A stretch of 37,672 nucleotides of DNA. Origin: an uncultured Alistipes sp. Its GTDB lineage: Bacteria > Bacteroidota > Bacteroidia > Bacteroidales > Rikenellaceae. Position 1 is the stretch's first letter, and each line of letters begins with the position of its first letter. A model generated the notes under the pieces. It was not told where the DNA came from. It saw only the letters and a program-made list of their open reading frames with translations, and made no database searches. This document shows positions 17,816 to 27,589 of the stretch, one piece after another. The position numbers were made by a program, and so were the translations under genes. The stretch covers positions 1-37,672 of the forward strand of contig CASDSC010000076.1 in the NCBI GenBank assembly GCA_949283215.1, given 5' to 3'.

Positions 17816-18493
17816 TTAATCGTGTAATAAGTTGTGCTCGCGAAAACTGAAACTTTCGCTTGGTGACACGATAATATGGTCGAGAAGAACGATATTGAAG
17901 AGTGTCGTAGCTTCGGCCAATTTTGAGGTTAACTGCCTGTCCTCATCGCTCGGCACCGGATTGCCTGAGGGATGATTGTGAACGACAATGAGTCCCGTTG
18001 CCAAAAGTTCGATAGCTCGCTTTAAAATCAGTTTGGGATCGACGACTGTCCCCGTAACCCCGCCTTGGCTTATGCGCGTGCGATCGAGGATGCGGTTGCT
18101 GTTGTTTAAATAGAGAGCCCAAAACTCTTCGTGCCCGAGATGCCCGATCAGTGGACGGAACAGTTCGACTACGTCTGCACTGCTTCCTATGCTCGATTGG
18201 CGCATCGATTCGTCACTGCGTAAGCGCCGTCCCAATTCGAGTGCCGAGGCTATAATGGCTGCTCGGGTGATGCCGATTCCTTCCGCTGAGCGTAAATGCG
18301 GAAGCGCGGACCGTGACATCTGTACCAGACTGTGATCGTAACGGGCAAGTAGTCGCTCGCTCAGTTCGATTGCGCTGAGGTCGGCTGTGCCTTCACGTAT
18401 CACGATGCTCAATAACTCAGCATCGCTCAATGACCCAACGCCACGCGCGATCAACTTTTCACGTACCTGTTTGTCTTTGTCGTGACGTCCCAT
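17816..18493 (-). CDS. radC: RadC-family JAB/MPN domain protein (UPF0758)
   Basis: N-terminal HhH-like LSDAELLSIVIREG. The JAB motif VVHNHPSGNPVPSDEDRQLT (HxHx7Sx2D) is intact. Confidence 0.9.
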   Translation of the reverse strand: MGRHDKDKQVREKLIARGVGSLSDAELLSIVIREGTADLSAIELSERLLARYDHSLVQMSRSALPHLRSAEGIGITRAAIIASALELGRRLRSDESMRQSSIGSSADVVELFRPLIGHLGHEEFWALYLNNSNRILDRTRISQGGVTGTVVDPKLILKRAIELLATGLIVVHNHPSGNPVPSDEDRQLTSKLAEATTLFNIVLLDHIIVSPSESFSFREHNLLHD

Positions 18494-18499
18494 AGCTGA

Positions 18500-19264
18500 T
18501 TATGTCTCGATGCGGTCTGAAATGTAGGATTGTGCCTCGTCCGGTAACATGACGGCTGTCGCTGCCGATGCGTGTTGTTCCGCCTCTTTCTTGGATTCGC
18601 CCTCACCACTGCTATACTTTATCCCATCAATCAAAACAGTCGATGCGAAATGTGGATTTTGGGCTGTCGTATGTTCGCTTGGAACAGTCTCGAAATGGAT
18701 GTCTCTTTTATTCTTTTGACACCATTCGATCAGGCGGCTTTTGTAATCGGTTTCGGCTTCGGTTAGAGTCGTTAAATCAATGTGTTGAGGAAATATACGG
18801 TTAATAATCAGTCGATTGATATAATCGTATCCTTTATCCAGATATATCGCCCCGACCATCGCCTCGAATGCGTCGCCCAGAAGATGTTTTTGGGTGTAAT
18901 TGATTCCTGTCTGCGAAATAATATAACGATCTAACCCCAAATCCATGGCCAACTGGTTGAGGGTATGGCGACTTACCAGTTTCGACCGCAGTTGGGTCAG
19001 AAAACCTTCTCCTCGATCCGGAAACTCGATAAACAGATAATCCGATACGATCGATTCCAAGATTGCATCGCCCAAAAACTCCAGCCGCTCGTTATTGATC
19101 GGAAGTCCTCCCGGTAAAAAGAGCGAAGCTGACCTGTGTATTAAGGCCAGCTTATATAGCTCTATATTGTTCGGGTATAGACCGAAAATGCGATCCATTG
19201 CCCGATAGTACTCCTTATCTTTGCCAAAATGCAATCGCAATGGCCGGAGCAAGCGGGTAAACAC
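18500..19264 (-). CDS. rnc: Ribonuclease III
   Basis: Signature ERLEFLGDAILE and a C-terminal dsRBD (GEGESKKEAEQHASAATA). The apparent start is GTG (complement of 19262-19264). The long N-terminus resembles other Bacteroidales Rnc proteins. Confidence 0.93.
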   Translation of the reverse strand: MFTRLLRPLRLHFGKDKEYYRAMDRIFGLYPNNIELYKLALIHRSASLFLPGGLPINNERLEFLGDAILESIVSDYLFIEFPDRGEGFLTQLRSKLVSRHTLNQLAMDLGLDRYIISQTGINYTQKHLLGDAFEAMVGAIYLDKGYDYINRLIINRIFPQHIDLTTLTEAETDYKSRLIEWCQKNKRDIHFETVPSEHTTAQNPHFASTVLIDGIKYSSGEGESKKEAEQHASAATAVMLPDEAQSYISDRIET

Positions 19265-19278
19265 GATATAACTCTTTT

Positions 19279-20526
19279 TTAGATCTTTTTAAGGATGACT
19301 GTGGAGTTGTGACCACCGAAACCGAACGTATTGCTCAAGGCGTAGTTAACTTCCTTGTACTGCGCTTTGTTTAAAGTCAGGTTCAACTTCGGATCGATCT
19401 TCGGGTCAAGTTCTTCCACATTGATCGTCGGCGCGATGATACCCTTGTCAATTGCCATAATACATGCAAGTGCTTCAATAGCTCCTGCTGCTCCCAGCAA
19501 GTGGCCTGTCATCGATTTGGTAGAATTGATATTCATCTTATATGCATGATCTCCGAAAGTGGCCAGCAAACCGTTGATTTCGGCGATGTCGCCCACTGGG
19601 GTCGAGGTACCGTGGGTATTGACCAAGTCGATTTGTTCTGCCGTAATACCTGCATCCTTAAGGGCATGGCGCATAGCGAATTTAGCTCCTTTCCCTTCAG
19701 GGTGTGGTGCGGTCAGGTGATATGCATCCGCACTCATGCCACCACCGGCTACTTCCGCATAGATCTTAGCTCCGCGGGCTTTGGCATGTTCGTATTCTTC
19801 GAGCAACAGTGCGCCTGCGCCTTCCCCGATTACAAATCCGTCGCGATTTACATCAAATGGTCGAGATGCTTTTTGAGGATCGTCATTGCGGGTCGACAGT
19901 GCCTGCATTGAATTGAAACCTCCTACTCCCGGAGGATTTACGGCGGCTTCCGATCCACCGGTCATGATGATGTCGGCTTTCCCCCAACGGATCAGGTTCA
20001 TCGCATCGATCATCGCATGATTCGACGACGCACAAGCTGAGACGGTACAGTAATTCGGCCCCATGAATCCGTATTTCATCGATATGTGTCCTGCTGCCAA
20101 GTCGGCAATCATCTTGGGAATGAAGAACGGACTGTAACGTGGAATAAAGCCTCCTTCAACGTAACTCTTTACTTCTTCATAAAAAGTTTCAAGACCGCCG
20201 ATTCCCGATGCCCAGATTACGCCTGCCATCTCAACATCGACCTTCTCGAGGTCGAGGCCCGAATCTTTGATGGCCTGATCAGCTGCAATCAGCGCGTACT
20301 GCGTATACAAATCGTATTTACGCAATTCCTTGCGATCGAAATATGCGGTCGGATTGTACCCTTTCAGTTCGCAGGCAAACTTCGTTTTGAAATTCGTGGC
20401 GTCGAAATGAGTGATCGGAGCTGCACCGCTGACACCTTGTTCTAGGTTTGAAAAATATTCTTCGATATTGTTTCCCAGCGGATTGATAGTTCCTATCCCT
20501 GTGACTACTACTCTTCTTGGTGACAT
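19279..20526 (-). CDS. fabF: 3-oxoacyl-ACP synthase II
   Basis: RRVVVTGIG, active-site SACASSNHA, and His residues in HGTSTPVGD and GHLLGAAG; 415 aa. Confidence 0.96.
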   Translation of the reverse strand: MSPRRVVVTGIGTINPLGNNIEEYFSNLEQGVSGAAPITHFDATNFKTKFACELKGYNPTAYFDRKELRKYDLYTQYALIAADQAIKDSGLDLEKVDVEMAGVIWASGIGGLETFYEEVKSYVEGGFIPRYSPFFIPKMIADLAAGHISMKYGFMGPNYCTVSACASSNHAMIDAMNLIRWGKADIIMTGGSEAAVNPPGVGGFNSMQALSTRNDDPQKASRPFDVNRDGFVIGEGAGALLLEEYEHAKARGAKIYAEVAGGGMSADAYHLTAPHPEGKGAKFAMRHALKDAGITAEQIDLVNTHGTSTPVGDIAEINGLLATFGDHAYKMNINSTKSMTGHLLGAAGAIEALACIMAIDKGIIAPTINVEELDPKIDPKLNLTLNKAQYKEVNYALSNTFGFGGHNSTVILKKI

Positions 20527-20547
20527 AAACAGAAATTTGTATGTATG

Positions 20548-20629
20548 AAACTGTCTTTGCCTGTAAACAGAAAACTGTCTAAGACTTTATAGAACCAGTG
20601 AGGCTTTCTTATAAAGTTTTAGACAGTTT
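20548..20629. repeat. Three copies of the 9-mer AAACTGTCT (two direct, one inverted) in the fabF-acpP spacer
   Basis: AAACTGTCT at 20548-20556 and 20572-20580, and the inverted copy AGACAGTTT at 20621-20629. Confidence 0.9.
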
Positions 20630-20630
20630 C
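20567..20630 (-). terminator. Long hairpin (attenuator or partial terminator, or an RNA processing site) between acpP and fabF
   Basis: About 20 bp of pairing between 20572-20591 and 20610-20629, with one mismatch at 20583/20618. On the minus strand it is followed by a U-rich UUUUCUGUUU. Confidence 0.55.
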
Positions 20631-20645
20631 AAAATGTAAACAGCA

Positions 20646-20879
20646 TTATTTCTTCGCCTCGATGTAAGAGATCGCGTCACCTACTGTGGTGATCTTTTCT
20701 GCGTCTTCGTCGGGAATCGAAATTTCAAACTCTTTTTCGAATTCCATGATCAACTCAACGGTGTCGAGCGAGTCTGCTCCAAGATCGTTGGTGAAGCTGG
20801 CTGCGGGTACAACTTCGGCTGCATCAACGCCCAACTTGTCGACGATGATTTCGACTACTTTAGAAGAAACTTCTGACAT
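20646..20879 (-). CDS. acpP: Acyl carrier protein
   Basis: 77 aa with the phosphopantetheine site [17 protein letters not shown]. Confidence 0.97.
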   Translation of the reverse strand: MSEVSSKVVEIIVDKLGVDAAEVVPAASFTNDLGADSLDTVELIMEFEKEFEISIPDEDAEKITTVGDAISYIEAKK

Positions 20880-20955
20880 GATTTCAATAGTTTTAGTTTA
20901 ACATTCTGTCCTGTTTGTCCGTAAAAATAACTTCCTCTCGGAAGACAATTTTTGA

Positions 20956-20963
20956 CAAAAGTA
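20956..20963 (-). promoter_or_regulatory. -7 box for acpP
   Basis: TACTTTTG on the minus strand (complement of 20956-20963), about 76 nt upstream of the acpP ATG. Confidence 0.5.
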
Positions 20964-21043
20964 ATATATTTTCCATTATTTTTGGCATCTGTTCTTCTTT
21001 TTTTCCGCTTTATTGTAAATTAGAATTGCGTAAATTATTGATT

Positions 21044-21613
21044 ATGAAAAATATAGCTGTTTTTGCTTCCGGCTCGGGTACGAACGCGGAAAACATTATT
21101 CGACACTTTGCCGGGTCTGATGTGGCGCGTGTCGCTCTTTTACTCTCCAACAATCCAGAGGCTTATGCTCTTGTGAGGGCGGAACGGTTGGGCGTCCCCA
21201 CGGCTGTCTTTTCTCGTGTCGAATTCGGTCCAGGTGCCCGGGTGGACGAATTGTTAGCACAATATAAAATTGACTATATTGTGTTAGCTGGATTTTTGTG
21301 GCTCGTGCCTTCTGCGCTTACCGCTCGTTATCGTGGGCGGATCGTAAATATTCATCCGGCTCTGTTGCCTAGTTATGGTGGTAAAGGTATGTATGGTATG
21401 AGGGTACATGAGGCGGTTGTCGCAGCCGGTGAACGTGAATCGGGGATTACGATCCATCATGTCAATGAGGTGTATGACAGTGGTGATATTATCGCACAGT
21501 ATCGGGTCGCGATCGAACCGACCGATACGCCTGATGATGTGGCAACCAAGGTCCATGCGTTGGAATATCGATATTTTCCGACCATCATTGAACAGGAAAT
21601 CAAAAAATTGTAA
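21044..21613 (+). CDS. purN: Phosphoribosylglycinamide formyltransferase
   Basis: The track ORF starts at TTG 20915. ATG 21044 gives MKNIAVFASGSGTNAENIIRHF. Also IVNIHPALLPSYGG and GITIHHVNEVYDSGDIIAQ motifs. Confidence 0.93.
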   Translation: MKNIAVFASGSGTNAENIIRHFAGSDVARVALLLSNNPEAYALVRAERLGVPTAVFSRVEFGPGARVDELLAQYKIDYIVLAGFLWLVPSALTARYRGRIVNIHPALLPSYGGKGMYGMRVHEAVVAAGERESGITIHHVNEVYDSGDIIAQYRVAIEPTDTPDDVATKVHALEYRYFPTIIEQEIKKL

Positions 21614-21619
21614 AGTTCT

Positions 21620-22324
21620 ATGAGACTGTTGTTGATCAGTAATTCGACCAATGCTGGTGAACCCTATCTGCAGTATCCGATGCCTCGTATCGGTGAGTTC
21701 CTTGCTGGAGTGAGTGAGGTGGTGTTTGTTCCCTATGCCGCCGTGACTTTTTCGTATGACGAGTATGAAAAACGTGTGCAGGCACGTTTCGATGAACTCG
21801 GTATTCGGGTTCGTTCTCTGCATAAAGAGACTGATCCTGTTGCGACAGTCCGGAGTGCACAGGCCGTCGTTGTGGGTGGCGGAAACACGTTCCATCTGGT
21901 GAAAATGATGCAGGAACAGGGGCTGATCGATGCGATCCGTGCTCGGGTATTGGATGGGGTACCCTATGTCGGTTGGAGTGCGGGCAGCAATGTGGCGTGC
22001 CCTACTCTCTGTACAACTAACGATATGCCGATTGTCGAGCCCTGTTCATTCCGAACCATTGGGTTGGTTCCGTTTCAGATCAACCCGCATTATCTTGACG
22101 CCCATCCTGACGGCCATGCTGGCGAAACCCGGGAGCAACGTATCGAAGAGTTTATTGTTGCGAATCCGGAGGTCTATGTCGTGGGATTGCGCGAAGGGTG
22201 TATGTTGCAGATCGAAACTGGACAACTGACGTTGATCGGTGAGCGTCCGATGCGGGTGTTTCGGGCTGGGCAAGCGCCGCGGGAGGTGACAGCATCCGAC
22301 GATTTGGGTTTCTTGATGCGGTGA
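21620..22324 (+). CDS. pepE: Dipeptidase E (peptidase S51, alpha-aspartyl dipeptidase)
   Basis: MRLLLISNST, VVGGGNTFHL, nucleophile context GWSAGSNV, and INPHY; 234 aa. Confidence 0.88.
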   Translation: MRLLLISNSTNAGEPYLQYPMPRIGEFLAGVSEVVFVPYAAVTFSYDEYEKRVQARFDELGIRVRSLHKETDPVATVRSAQAVVVGGGNTFHLVKMMQEQGLIDAIRARVLDGVPYVGWSAGSNVACPTLCTTNDMPIVEPCSFRTIGLVPFQINPHYLDAHPDGHAGETREQRIEEFIVANPEVYVVGLREGCMLQIETGQLTLIGERPMRVFRAGQAPREVTASDDLGFLMR

Positions 22325-22328
22325 TATC

Positions 22329-22691
22329 ATGACTGTCGAGTGGCAAATCGGTCTCCGGGGTGAAGAACTTGCTGTACGTCATCTGGAAGGGCTCGGGTTT
22401 CGGATCCTTGACCGTAATTGGCGGGCAGGACGGTATGAGCTCGATATTGTAGCTGAGAAAGAGGGTGTATTGCATGTGGTGGAGGTTAAAACCCGTCGGG
22501 CGGGAGGTCTTACCCGACCTGAGGAGGCGATTACTCCGGCCAAGTTCCGTGCTTTGGAGCGGGCTGCCTCTTTATATATAGAGAGGTATGGTCTCGATAT
22601 GGAGGTGCAGTTCGATTTGGTGGCGGTTGACTGTTTCCCGAATGGCGATCAGGTGCGGTATCTGCCCGACGCAATGCTTCCATGTTGGTAA
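22329..22691 (+). CDS. yraN: YraN-family (UPF0102) endonuclease-like protein
   Basis: GEELAVRHLEGLGFRILDRNWRAGRYELDIVAEKEGVLHVVEVKTR is the characteristic YraN/PD-(D/E)xK pattern; 120 aa. Confidence 0.88.
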   Translation: MTVEWQIGLRGEELAVRHLEGLGFRILDRNWRAGRYELDIVAEKEGVLHVVEVKTRRAGGLTRPEEAITPAKFRALERAASLYIERYGLDMEVQFDLVAVDCFPNGDQVRYLPDAMLPCW

Positions 22692-22850
22692 TAAGAGGTT
22701 GCCGAGAAACGCTCAGAGAATTATTTTGTTGGCGTATTTCGCTACATGGCAAAATGTTTGGATTGTAGTGTGACGGAACACCATGCTTTATGGGGATAAG
22801 TTTTGCAAATTCTTAAAAATGTACTATCTTCACAGTAGAATTAAACTCTC

Positions 22851-23522
22851 ATGGCTATGTACGATCTATTGACAGCTTGTCCGTTGTTCAGGGGCTTGAC
22901 CTCGGACCAGATCAAAGCGTTGCTCGAATCTCCAGATAACTATACTGTTACTCGTTATCTCCCCGGTGAACAGATTGCGCGTCGCGATACCGCTTATTCC
23001 GGTTTGATGATCGTGCTGCAGGGGAAAGTGTGCGGACGTATGACCGATCCGCATGGTAAACAGCTCGTGGTCGATACGCTCGAGGCTCCTCAGTTGATCG
23101 CTCCGGCTTTCCTGTTCGGCGGATACAACCGTTTGCCGATCGATATTGTGGCAGAAACTGAAACCCAAATCATGACCCTGCACCGTGGATTCGTGTTCGA
23201 AATGATGCAGGAAAATGTGTTGATTCTTTCGAATTTCATCGATATCATCTCCAATCGGGCCAACGTTTGGTCGAAAAAAATCTATTTCCTTTCGTTCAAA
23301 TCGCTCAAACAGAAGGTCGCTCTTTATCTGCTCGATCATTCGAGTGAGGTCAATCCCGTGGTACCGATCCCTGATATCCGTGAAATTGCCGAGTATTTCG
23401 AGGCTACGCGAACTTCTTTGACCACCGTGCTCGATGATTTGCAAAAGAAACACCTCATCAACTACGATGAGAATAATATCACGGTGCTCAATCGAACGGC
23501 ACTGAATGATCTGCTCAAGTAA
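22851..23522 (+). CDS. Crp/Fnr-family transcriptional regulator
   Basis: N-terminal cNMP-binding-like beta-roll (CPLFRGLTSDQIKALL...) and a C-terminal HTH (IREIAEYFEATRTSLTTVLDDLQKKHLI). There is no N-terminal Cys cluster, so it is not FNR-type Fe-S. Confidence 0.88.
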   Translation: MAMYDLLTACPLFRGLTSDQIKALLESPDNYTVTRYLPGEQIARRDTAYSGLMIVLQGKVCGRMTDPHGKQLVVDTLEAPQLIAPAFLFGGYNRLPIDIVAETETQIMTLHRGFVFEMMQENVLILSNFIDIISNRANVWSKKIYFLSFKSLKQKVALYLLDHSSEVNPVVPIPDIREIAEYFEATRTSLTTVLDDLQKKHLINYDENNITVLNRTALNDLLK

Positions 23523-23532
23523 GCCGATAGGA

Positions 23533-24765
23533 ATGGGGTGTCTCTATAATCTGGGTATTGGTGTCATGCAGGCGGGCATTCGTGTGATGGCCCCCTTTAA
23601 GAATAAAGCGCGTCAGTGGGTGGAGGGTCGACGGGACGTGTTGCGTCGACTTGCCGATACGGTCGGACGGGACGAGCGACCAGTCGCGTGGTTTCACGCC
23701 GCTTCGCTCGGTGAGTTCGAACAGGGACGTCCGGTAATAGAGGCGTTGCGCGAACAACACCCCGAGTATTGTATACTGGTGACGTTCTTCTCTCCGTCAG
23801 GGTATGAGGTCCGGAAAAATTATGCTGGGGCCGATTATATATTCTATCTGCCGGCAGACACCCCGAAAAATGCCCGTAAGTTTATTGAAATTGTTCGCCC
23901 TCGGCTGGCCTTTTTTATCAAATACGAATTTTGGCTTAACTATCTCGCCGAATTACGAAAAACCGATTGCCGGACTTTCGTCATCTCGGCGATTTTTCGA
24001 CCCGATGCGGTCTTTTTCAAATGGTATGGCGGGCAATTCCGTAGGGCCCTGCTCTCTTTCGAGAGGCTCTTCGTGCAAAATGCTGAATCTCAGACTTTGT
24101 TGCGCACCATAGGGGTTGAGGCTGTTACGGTTGCCGGAGATACCCGTTTCGATCGCGTATTCCAGATCGCATCGGCTGCCCGGGAACTTGAATTGATCCG
24201 TGCTTTTGCCGGTGACGGTCGCGTGATGGTGTGCGGTAGTACCTGGCCGCCCGATGAAGAGTTGTTGCTGGGACTGATCGCCGATTTCCCTGCCGTGAAG
24301 TTTATTATCGCCCCGCACGAGATCGTGCCTGCGCGGATCGAACGGTTGATCGAACGTTCCGCACGCAAGGCTGTTCGATATACACAGCTGGGTGGATCCG
24401 CAGATTTGGAGGGCGCTGATGTGTTGATTGTCGATACGATCGGTATCCTGTCGTCAGTATATCGGTATGGTACTTACGCCTATATCGGAGGCGGGTTCGG
24501 TGTGGGGATTCATAATATCCTCGAAGCGGCAACTTTCGGGTTGCCATTGGCTTTCGGCCCTAATTACCGAAAATTTCAGGAGGCTTGCGATCTCGTCGCT
24601 CTCGGTGGTGCCGTTTCCGTCGAGACGCATGAGGCTCTTCGTGATTGGCTCAAAGCTTTGGAAAACGATGCTGCATTACGTGAGCGTACGGCCCATGTAT
24701 GTGCCGATTATGTCGCAACACACCGTGGAGCAACCGAAATTATTCTCGGTAAAATTGCCCTATAG
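23533..24765 (+). CDS. waaA: 3-deoxy-D-manno-octulosonic acid (Kdo) transferase
   Basis: WFHAASLGEFEQGRPVIEAL and FFSPSGYE motifs plus a C-terminal GT-B fold pattern (GGGFGVGIHNILEAATFGLP). ATG 23533 is preferred over the track start 23506, which overlaps the Crp gene. Confidence 0.9.
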   Translation: MGCLYNLGIGVMQAGIRVMAPFKNKARQWVEGRRDVLRRLADTVGRDERPVAWFHAASLGEFEQGRPVIEALREQHPEYCILVTFFSPSGYEVRKNYAGADYIFYLPADTPKNARKFIEIVRPRLAFFIKYEFWLNYLAELRKTDCRTFVISAIFRPDAVFFKWYGGQFRRALLSFERLFVQNAESQTLLRTIGVEAVTVAGDTRFDRVFQIASAARELELIRAFAGDGRVMVCGSTWPPDEELLLGLIADFPAVKFIIAPHEIVPARIERLIERSARKAVRYTQLGGSADLEGADVLIVDTIGILSSVYRYGTYAYIGGGFGVGIHNILEAATFGLPLAFGPNYRKFQEACDLVALGGAVSVETHEALRDWLKALENDAALRERTAHVCADYVATHRGATEIILGKIAL

Positions 24766-24807
24766 CCTCCTTTTGTGGTAGTTACTGAGAAATTTATTGC
24801 GATTTTT

Positions 24808-24838
24808 TTTGTCGGGTCCGCAAAAAGATATACCTTTG
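24808..24838 (+). promoter_or_regulatory. Bacteroidetes-type promoter (-33 TTTG, -7 TACCTTTG) for rpsO-pnp
   Basis: TTTG at 24808-24811, a 19-nt spacer, then TACCTTTG at 24831-24838. This leaves a leader of about 65 nt before rpsO. Confidence 0.7.
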
Positions 24839-24906
24839 CGCCACGCTTCGCGAGTATCCGGTAAGGCGGATCTCCATCGAAGTATTACGAATTTAAATTC
24901 AAAACA

Positions 24907-25179
24907 ATGAGCTATTTAACACCTGAAAAGAAACAGGAGCTTTTCGCACAGTACGGAACGTCTAATACGGACACCGGTTCTCCTGAGAGCCAGATCGCCC
25001 TATTTTCTTACCGTATCAGCCACCTTACGGAACACCTGAAGAAAAACCGTCACGATTTCGGTACGCAACGCGCTTTGTTGCGTCTGGTCGGTAAACGCCG
25101 CCGTCTTCTGGAGTATCTTAAACGTGATGATATCGAACGGTACAGAGCTATTATCAAGGCGCTGAATCTGAGAAAATAG
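24907..25179 (+). CDS. rpsO: 30S ribosomal protein S15
   Basis: 90 aa: GSPESQIALFSYRISHLTEHLKKNRHDFGTQRALLRLVGKRRRLLEYL. Confidence 0.97.
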   Translation: MSYLTPEKKQELFAQYGTSNTDTGSPESQIALFSYRISHLTEHLKKNRHDFGTQRALLRLVGKRRRLLEYLKRDDIERYRAIIKALNLRK

Positions 25180-25204
25180 ACGTTTTTCAGCAGAAAAACA
25201 CCGT

Positions 25205-25240
25205 AAAAAGGCAATTTTTAACTAAATTGCCTTTTTTCTT
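25205..25240 (+). terminator. Rho-independent terminator/attenuator between rpsO and pnp
   Basis: 13-bp stem AAAAAGGCAATTT (25205-25217) / AAATTGCCTTTTT (25224-25236) with a 6-nt loop and a trailing T-run. Confidence 0.8.
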
Positions 25241-25294
25241 CATTTTAGGTTATGAAAATTTATTACCTTGCACGACATTTAGAGAATTTGAAAT

Positions 25295-27418
25295 ATGTAT
25301 AATGCGACACAAAAGGTGATCATGCTCGGAGGTGACCGGGAGGTGATCATCGAAACTGGTAAACTGGCCAAACAGGCCGACGGATCGGTCGTCGTAAAAC
25401 AAGGCGACACGATGTTGCTGGCCACCGTGGTGGCTGCAAAAGAGGCTAAACCCGATTGTGATTTCATGCCCCTTCAGGTTGATTACAAAGAAAAATATGC
25501 GGCTGCAGGTCGTTATCCCGGTGGTTTCCTCAAACGAGAAGCACGTCCAAATGATAGCGAAATCCTTGTGGCTCGTCTTATCGACCGCGCACTGCGCCCT
25601 CTTTTCCCGGCAGATTACCACGCTGAGGTGTTTGTAACCGTAAACCTGATCTCGGCGGATAAGGATATTCAACCGGATGCCTTGGCTGGACTTGCTGCAT
25701 CGGCTGCATTGGCTGTTTCTGATATTCCTTTCGGTGGCCCGATTTCTGAAGTACGTGTCGCACGCATCGATGGTAAGTTTGTGATCAATCCGCTTTTCTC
25801 GCAGATGGAGAATTGCGATCTGGATATCATGGTGGCCGGTACCCTTGATAACATTATGATGGTTGAAGGGGAAATGAAAGAAGTTTCTGAGGCCGATATG
25901 CTCGATGCGATCAAATTTGCCCATGAAGAGATCAAGAAACATTGCCAGGTGCAAATCGAACTGAGCAAAGAACTCGGTAAGGACGTTAAACGGACCTATT
26001 GCCACGAGACCAATGACGAAGAGTTGCGTCAGCTTATTATTAAGGAGACATATGATAAAGCATATGCCGTGGCTAAGGGCGCAACGTCGAAGCATGAACG
26101 CATGGATCAGTTCGATGCCATCGAAGCAGAGTTCTGTACCCGGTATACCGAAGAAGAATTGGCTGAGAAACTCCCGCTGATCAAGAAATATTTCCATGAC
26201 GACGTGCTGAAAAAGGCGATGCGAAACATGATCCTTGATGAAGGGATTCGTCTCGACGGACGTAAAACCACGGAAATCCGTCCGATCTGGTGTGAGGTGG
26301 GTTATTTGCCTGCTGCCCACGGTTCGGCAATCTTTACCCGCGGTGAAACCCAGGCGCTCGCCAGTGTTACACTCGGTACAAAACTCGATGAGAAACAAAA
26401 AGACGAAGTATTGGTGCAAGGAACTGAACAGTTCGTGCTCCATTATAATTTCCCGCCTTTCTCGACCGGCGAGGCTAAAGCCGCTCGCGGACTTTCGCGC
26501 CGTGAAATCGGTCACGGAAATTTGGCTTGGCGTGCACTCAAACCTATGGTGCCGGTAGGTGACGAAAATCCGTATGCTGTTCGTGTCGTGTCGGATATTC
26601 TCGAATCGAACGGTTCCTCCTCGATGGCTACGGTATGTGCCGGTACGCTGGCGTTGATGGATTCAGGTCTGAAAATGAAAAAACATGTGTCAGGTATTGC
26701 CATGGGGTTGATCACTGATACTGCTACCGGAAAATATGCCGTGCTGTCCGATATCCTCGGCGATGAAGATCACTTGGGCGATATGGACTTTAAAGTTACC
26801 GGTACGCGTGATGGTATCACCGCAACGCAGATGGATATCAAGGTCGACGGGCTTTCGTATGAAGTGTTGGCAAAAGCGCTCGAACAGGCTAAACAGGGTC
26901 GTCTCTATATTCTCGATAAGTTGGTTGAAACGATCGCTGAACCTCGTGCCGATTTCCGTCCCTTCGTGCCTCGCCTCGTACAAATCACAATCCCTGGTGA
27001 GTTTATCGGTGCCGTGATCGGCCCGGGTGGTAAAGTGATTCAAGATATTCAGAAAACTACCGGTACGACCATCACAATCACTGAGGCCGATAATAAAGGT
27101 GTGGTTGATATTTTCGGAGAAAATAAGGAGGCCCTAGATGCTGCTTTGGCTCGTATTAAAGCCATTACTGCAACTCCTGAAGTGGGTGAAGTCTACAAAG
27201 GAAAAGTGAAATCTATCGTTGCATTCGGTGCGTTCGTCGAGATCCTGCCCGGTAAGGATGGTTTGCTTCACATTTCCGAGATCGATCACAAACGGTTTGA
27301 AAATATGGAACAAACCGGTATCAAAGAGGGAGATACGTTGGAGGTGAAACTCATCGGGGTGGATCCTAAAACCGGTAAAATCAAACTTTCTCGTAAAGCG
27401 CTGATCAAAAAAGAATAG
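25295..27418 (+). CDS. pnp: Polyribonucleotide nucleotidyltransferase (PNPase)
   Basis: Two RNase PH domains, KH ([16 protein letters not shown]) and S1 ([27 protein letters not shown]) domains. The rpsO-pnp order is canonical. Confidence 0.97.
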   Translation: MYNATQKVIMLGGDREVIIETGKLAKQADGSVVVKQGDTMLLATVVAAKEAKPDCDFMPLQVDYKEKYAAAGRYPGGFLKREARPNDSEILVARLIDRALRPLFPADYHAEVFVTVNLISADKDIQPDALAGLAASAALAVSDIPFGGPISEVRVARIDGKFVINPLFSQMENCDLDIMVAGTLDNIMMVEGEMKEVSEADMLDAIKFAHEEIKKHCQVQIELSKELGKDVKRTYCHETNDEELRQLIIKETYDKAYAVAKGATSKHERMDQFDAIEAEFCTRYTEEELAEKLPLIKKYFHDDVLKKAMRNMILDEGIRLDGRKTTEIRPIWCEVGYLPAAHGSAIFTRGETQALASVTLGTKLDEKQKDEVLVQGTEQFVLHYNFPPFSTGEAKAARGLSRREIGHGNLAWRALKPMVPVGDENPYAVRVVSDILESNGSSSMATVCAGTLALMDSGLKMKKHVSGIAMGLITDTATGKYAVLSDILGDEDHLGDMDFKVTGTRDGITATQMDIKVDGLSYEVLAKALEQAKQGRLYILDKLVETIAEPRADFRPFVPRLVQITIPGEFIGAVIGPGGKVIQDIQKTTGTTITITEADNKGVVDIFGENKEALDAALARIKAITATPEVGEVYKGKVKSIVAFGAFVEILPGKDGLLHISEIDHKRFENMEQTGIKEGDTLEVKLIGVDPKTGKIKLSRKALIKKE

Positions 27419-27514
27419 TGGCACATATTTTGACGCATACCGACTGTCAATAAGCCTCTTCGAAGGTGCGGATTATTTTTTTGACAGATGTTGCAGAATA
27501 TTAAAATATATTCT

Positions 27515-27522
27515 TAAATTTG
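27515..27522 (+). promoter_or_regulatory. -7 box for the lipoprotein gene
   Basis: TAAATTTG at 27515-27522 in an AT-rich spacer, about 67 nt before ATG 27590. Confidence 0.55.
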
Positions 27523-27589
27523 TCGGTACTACGCATTTAACGACGAAACAAGAGATAAATTATATTTAAATTAACTTAATGATTTGACT

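Noticed and set aside
22866-23453. 195-aa minus-strand ORF
   Set aside because: It is antisense to the Crp/Fnr regulator, and the plus frame has a clear cNMP-binding domain and HTH.
25250-26515. 421-aa ORF on the minus strand
   Set aside because: It lies entirely antisense to pnp, whose identity is unambiguous. The product is low-complexity and Cys/His/Phe/Arg-rich with no recognisable motifs. It is a typical shadow ORF of a codon-biased gene.
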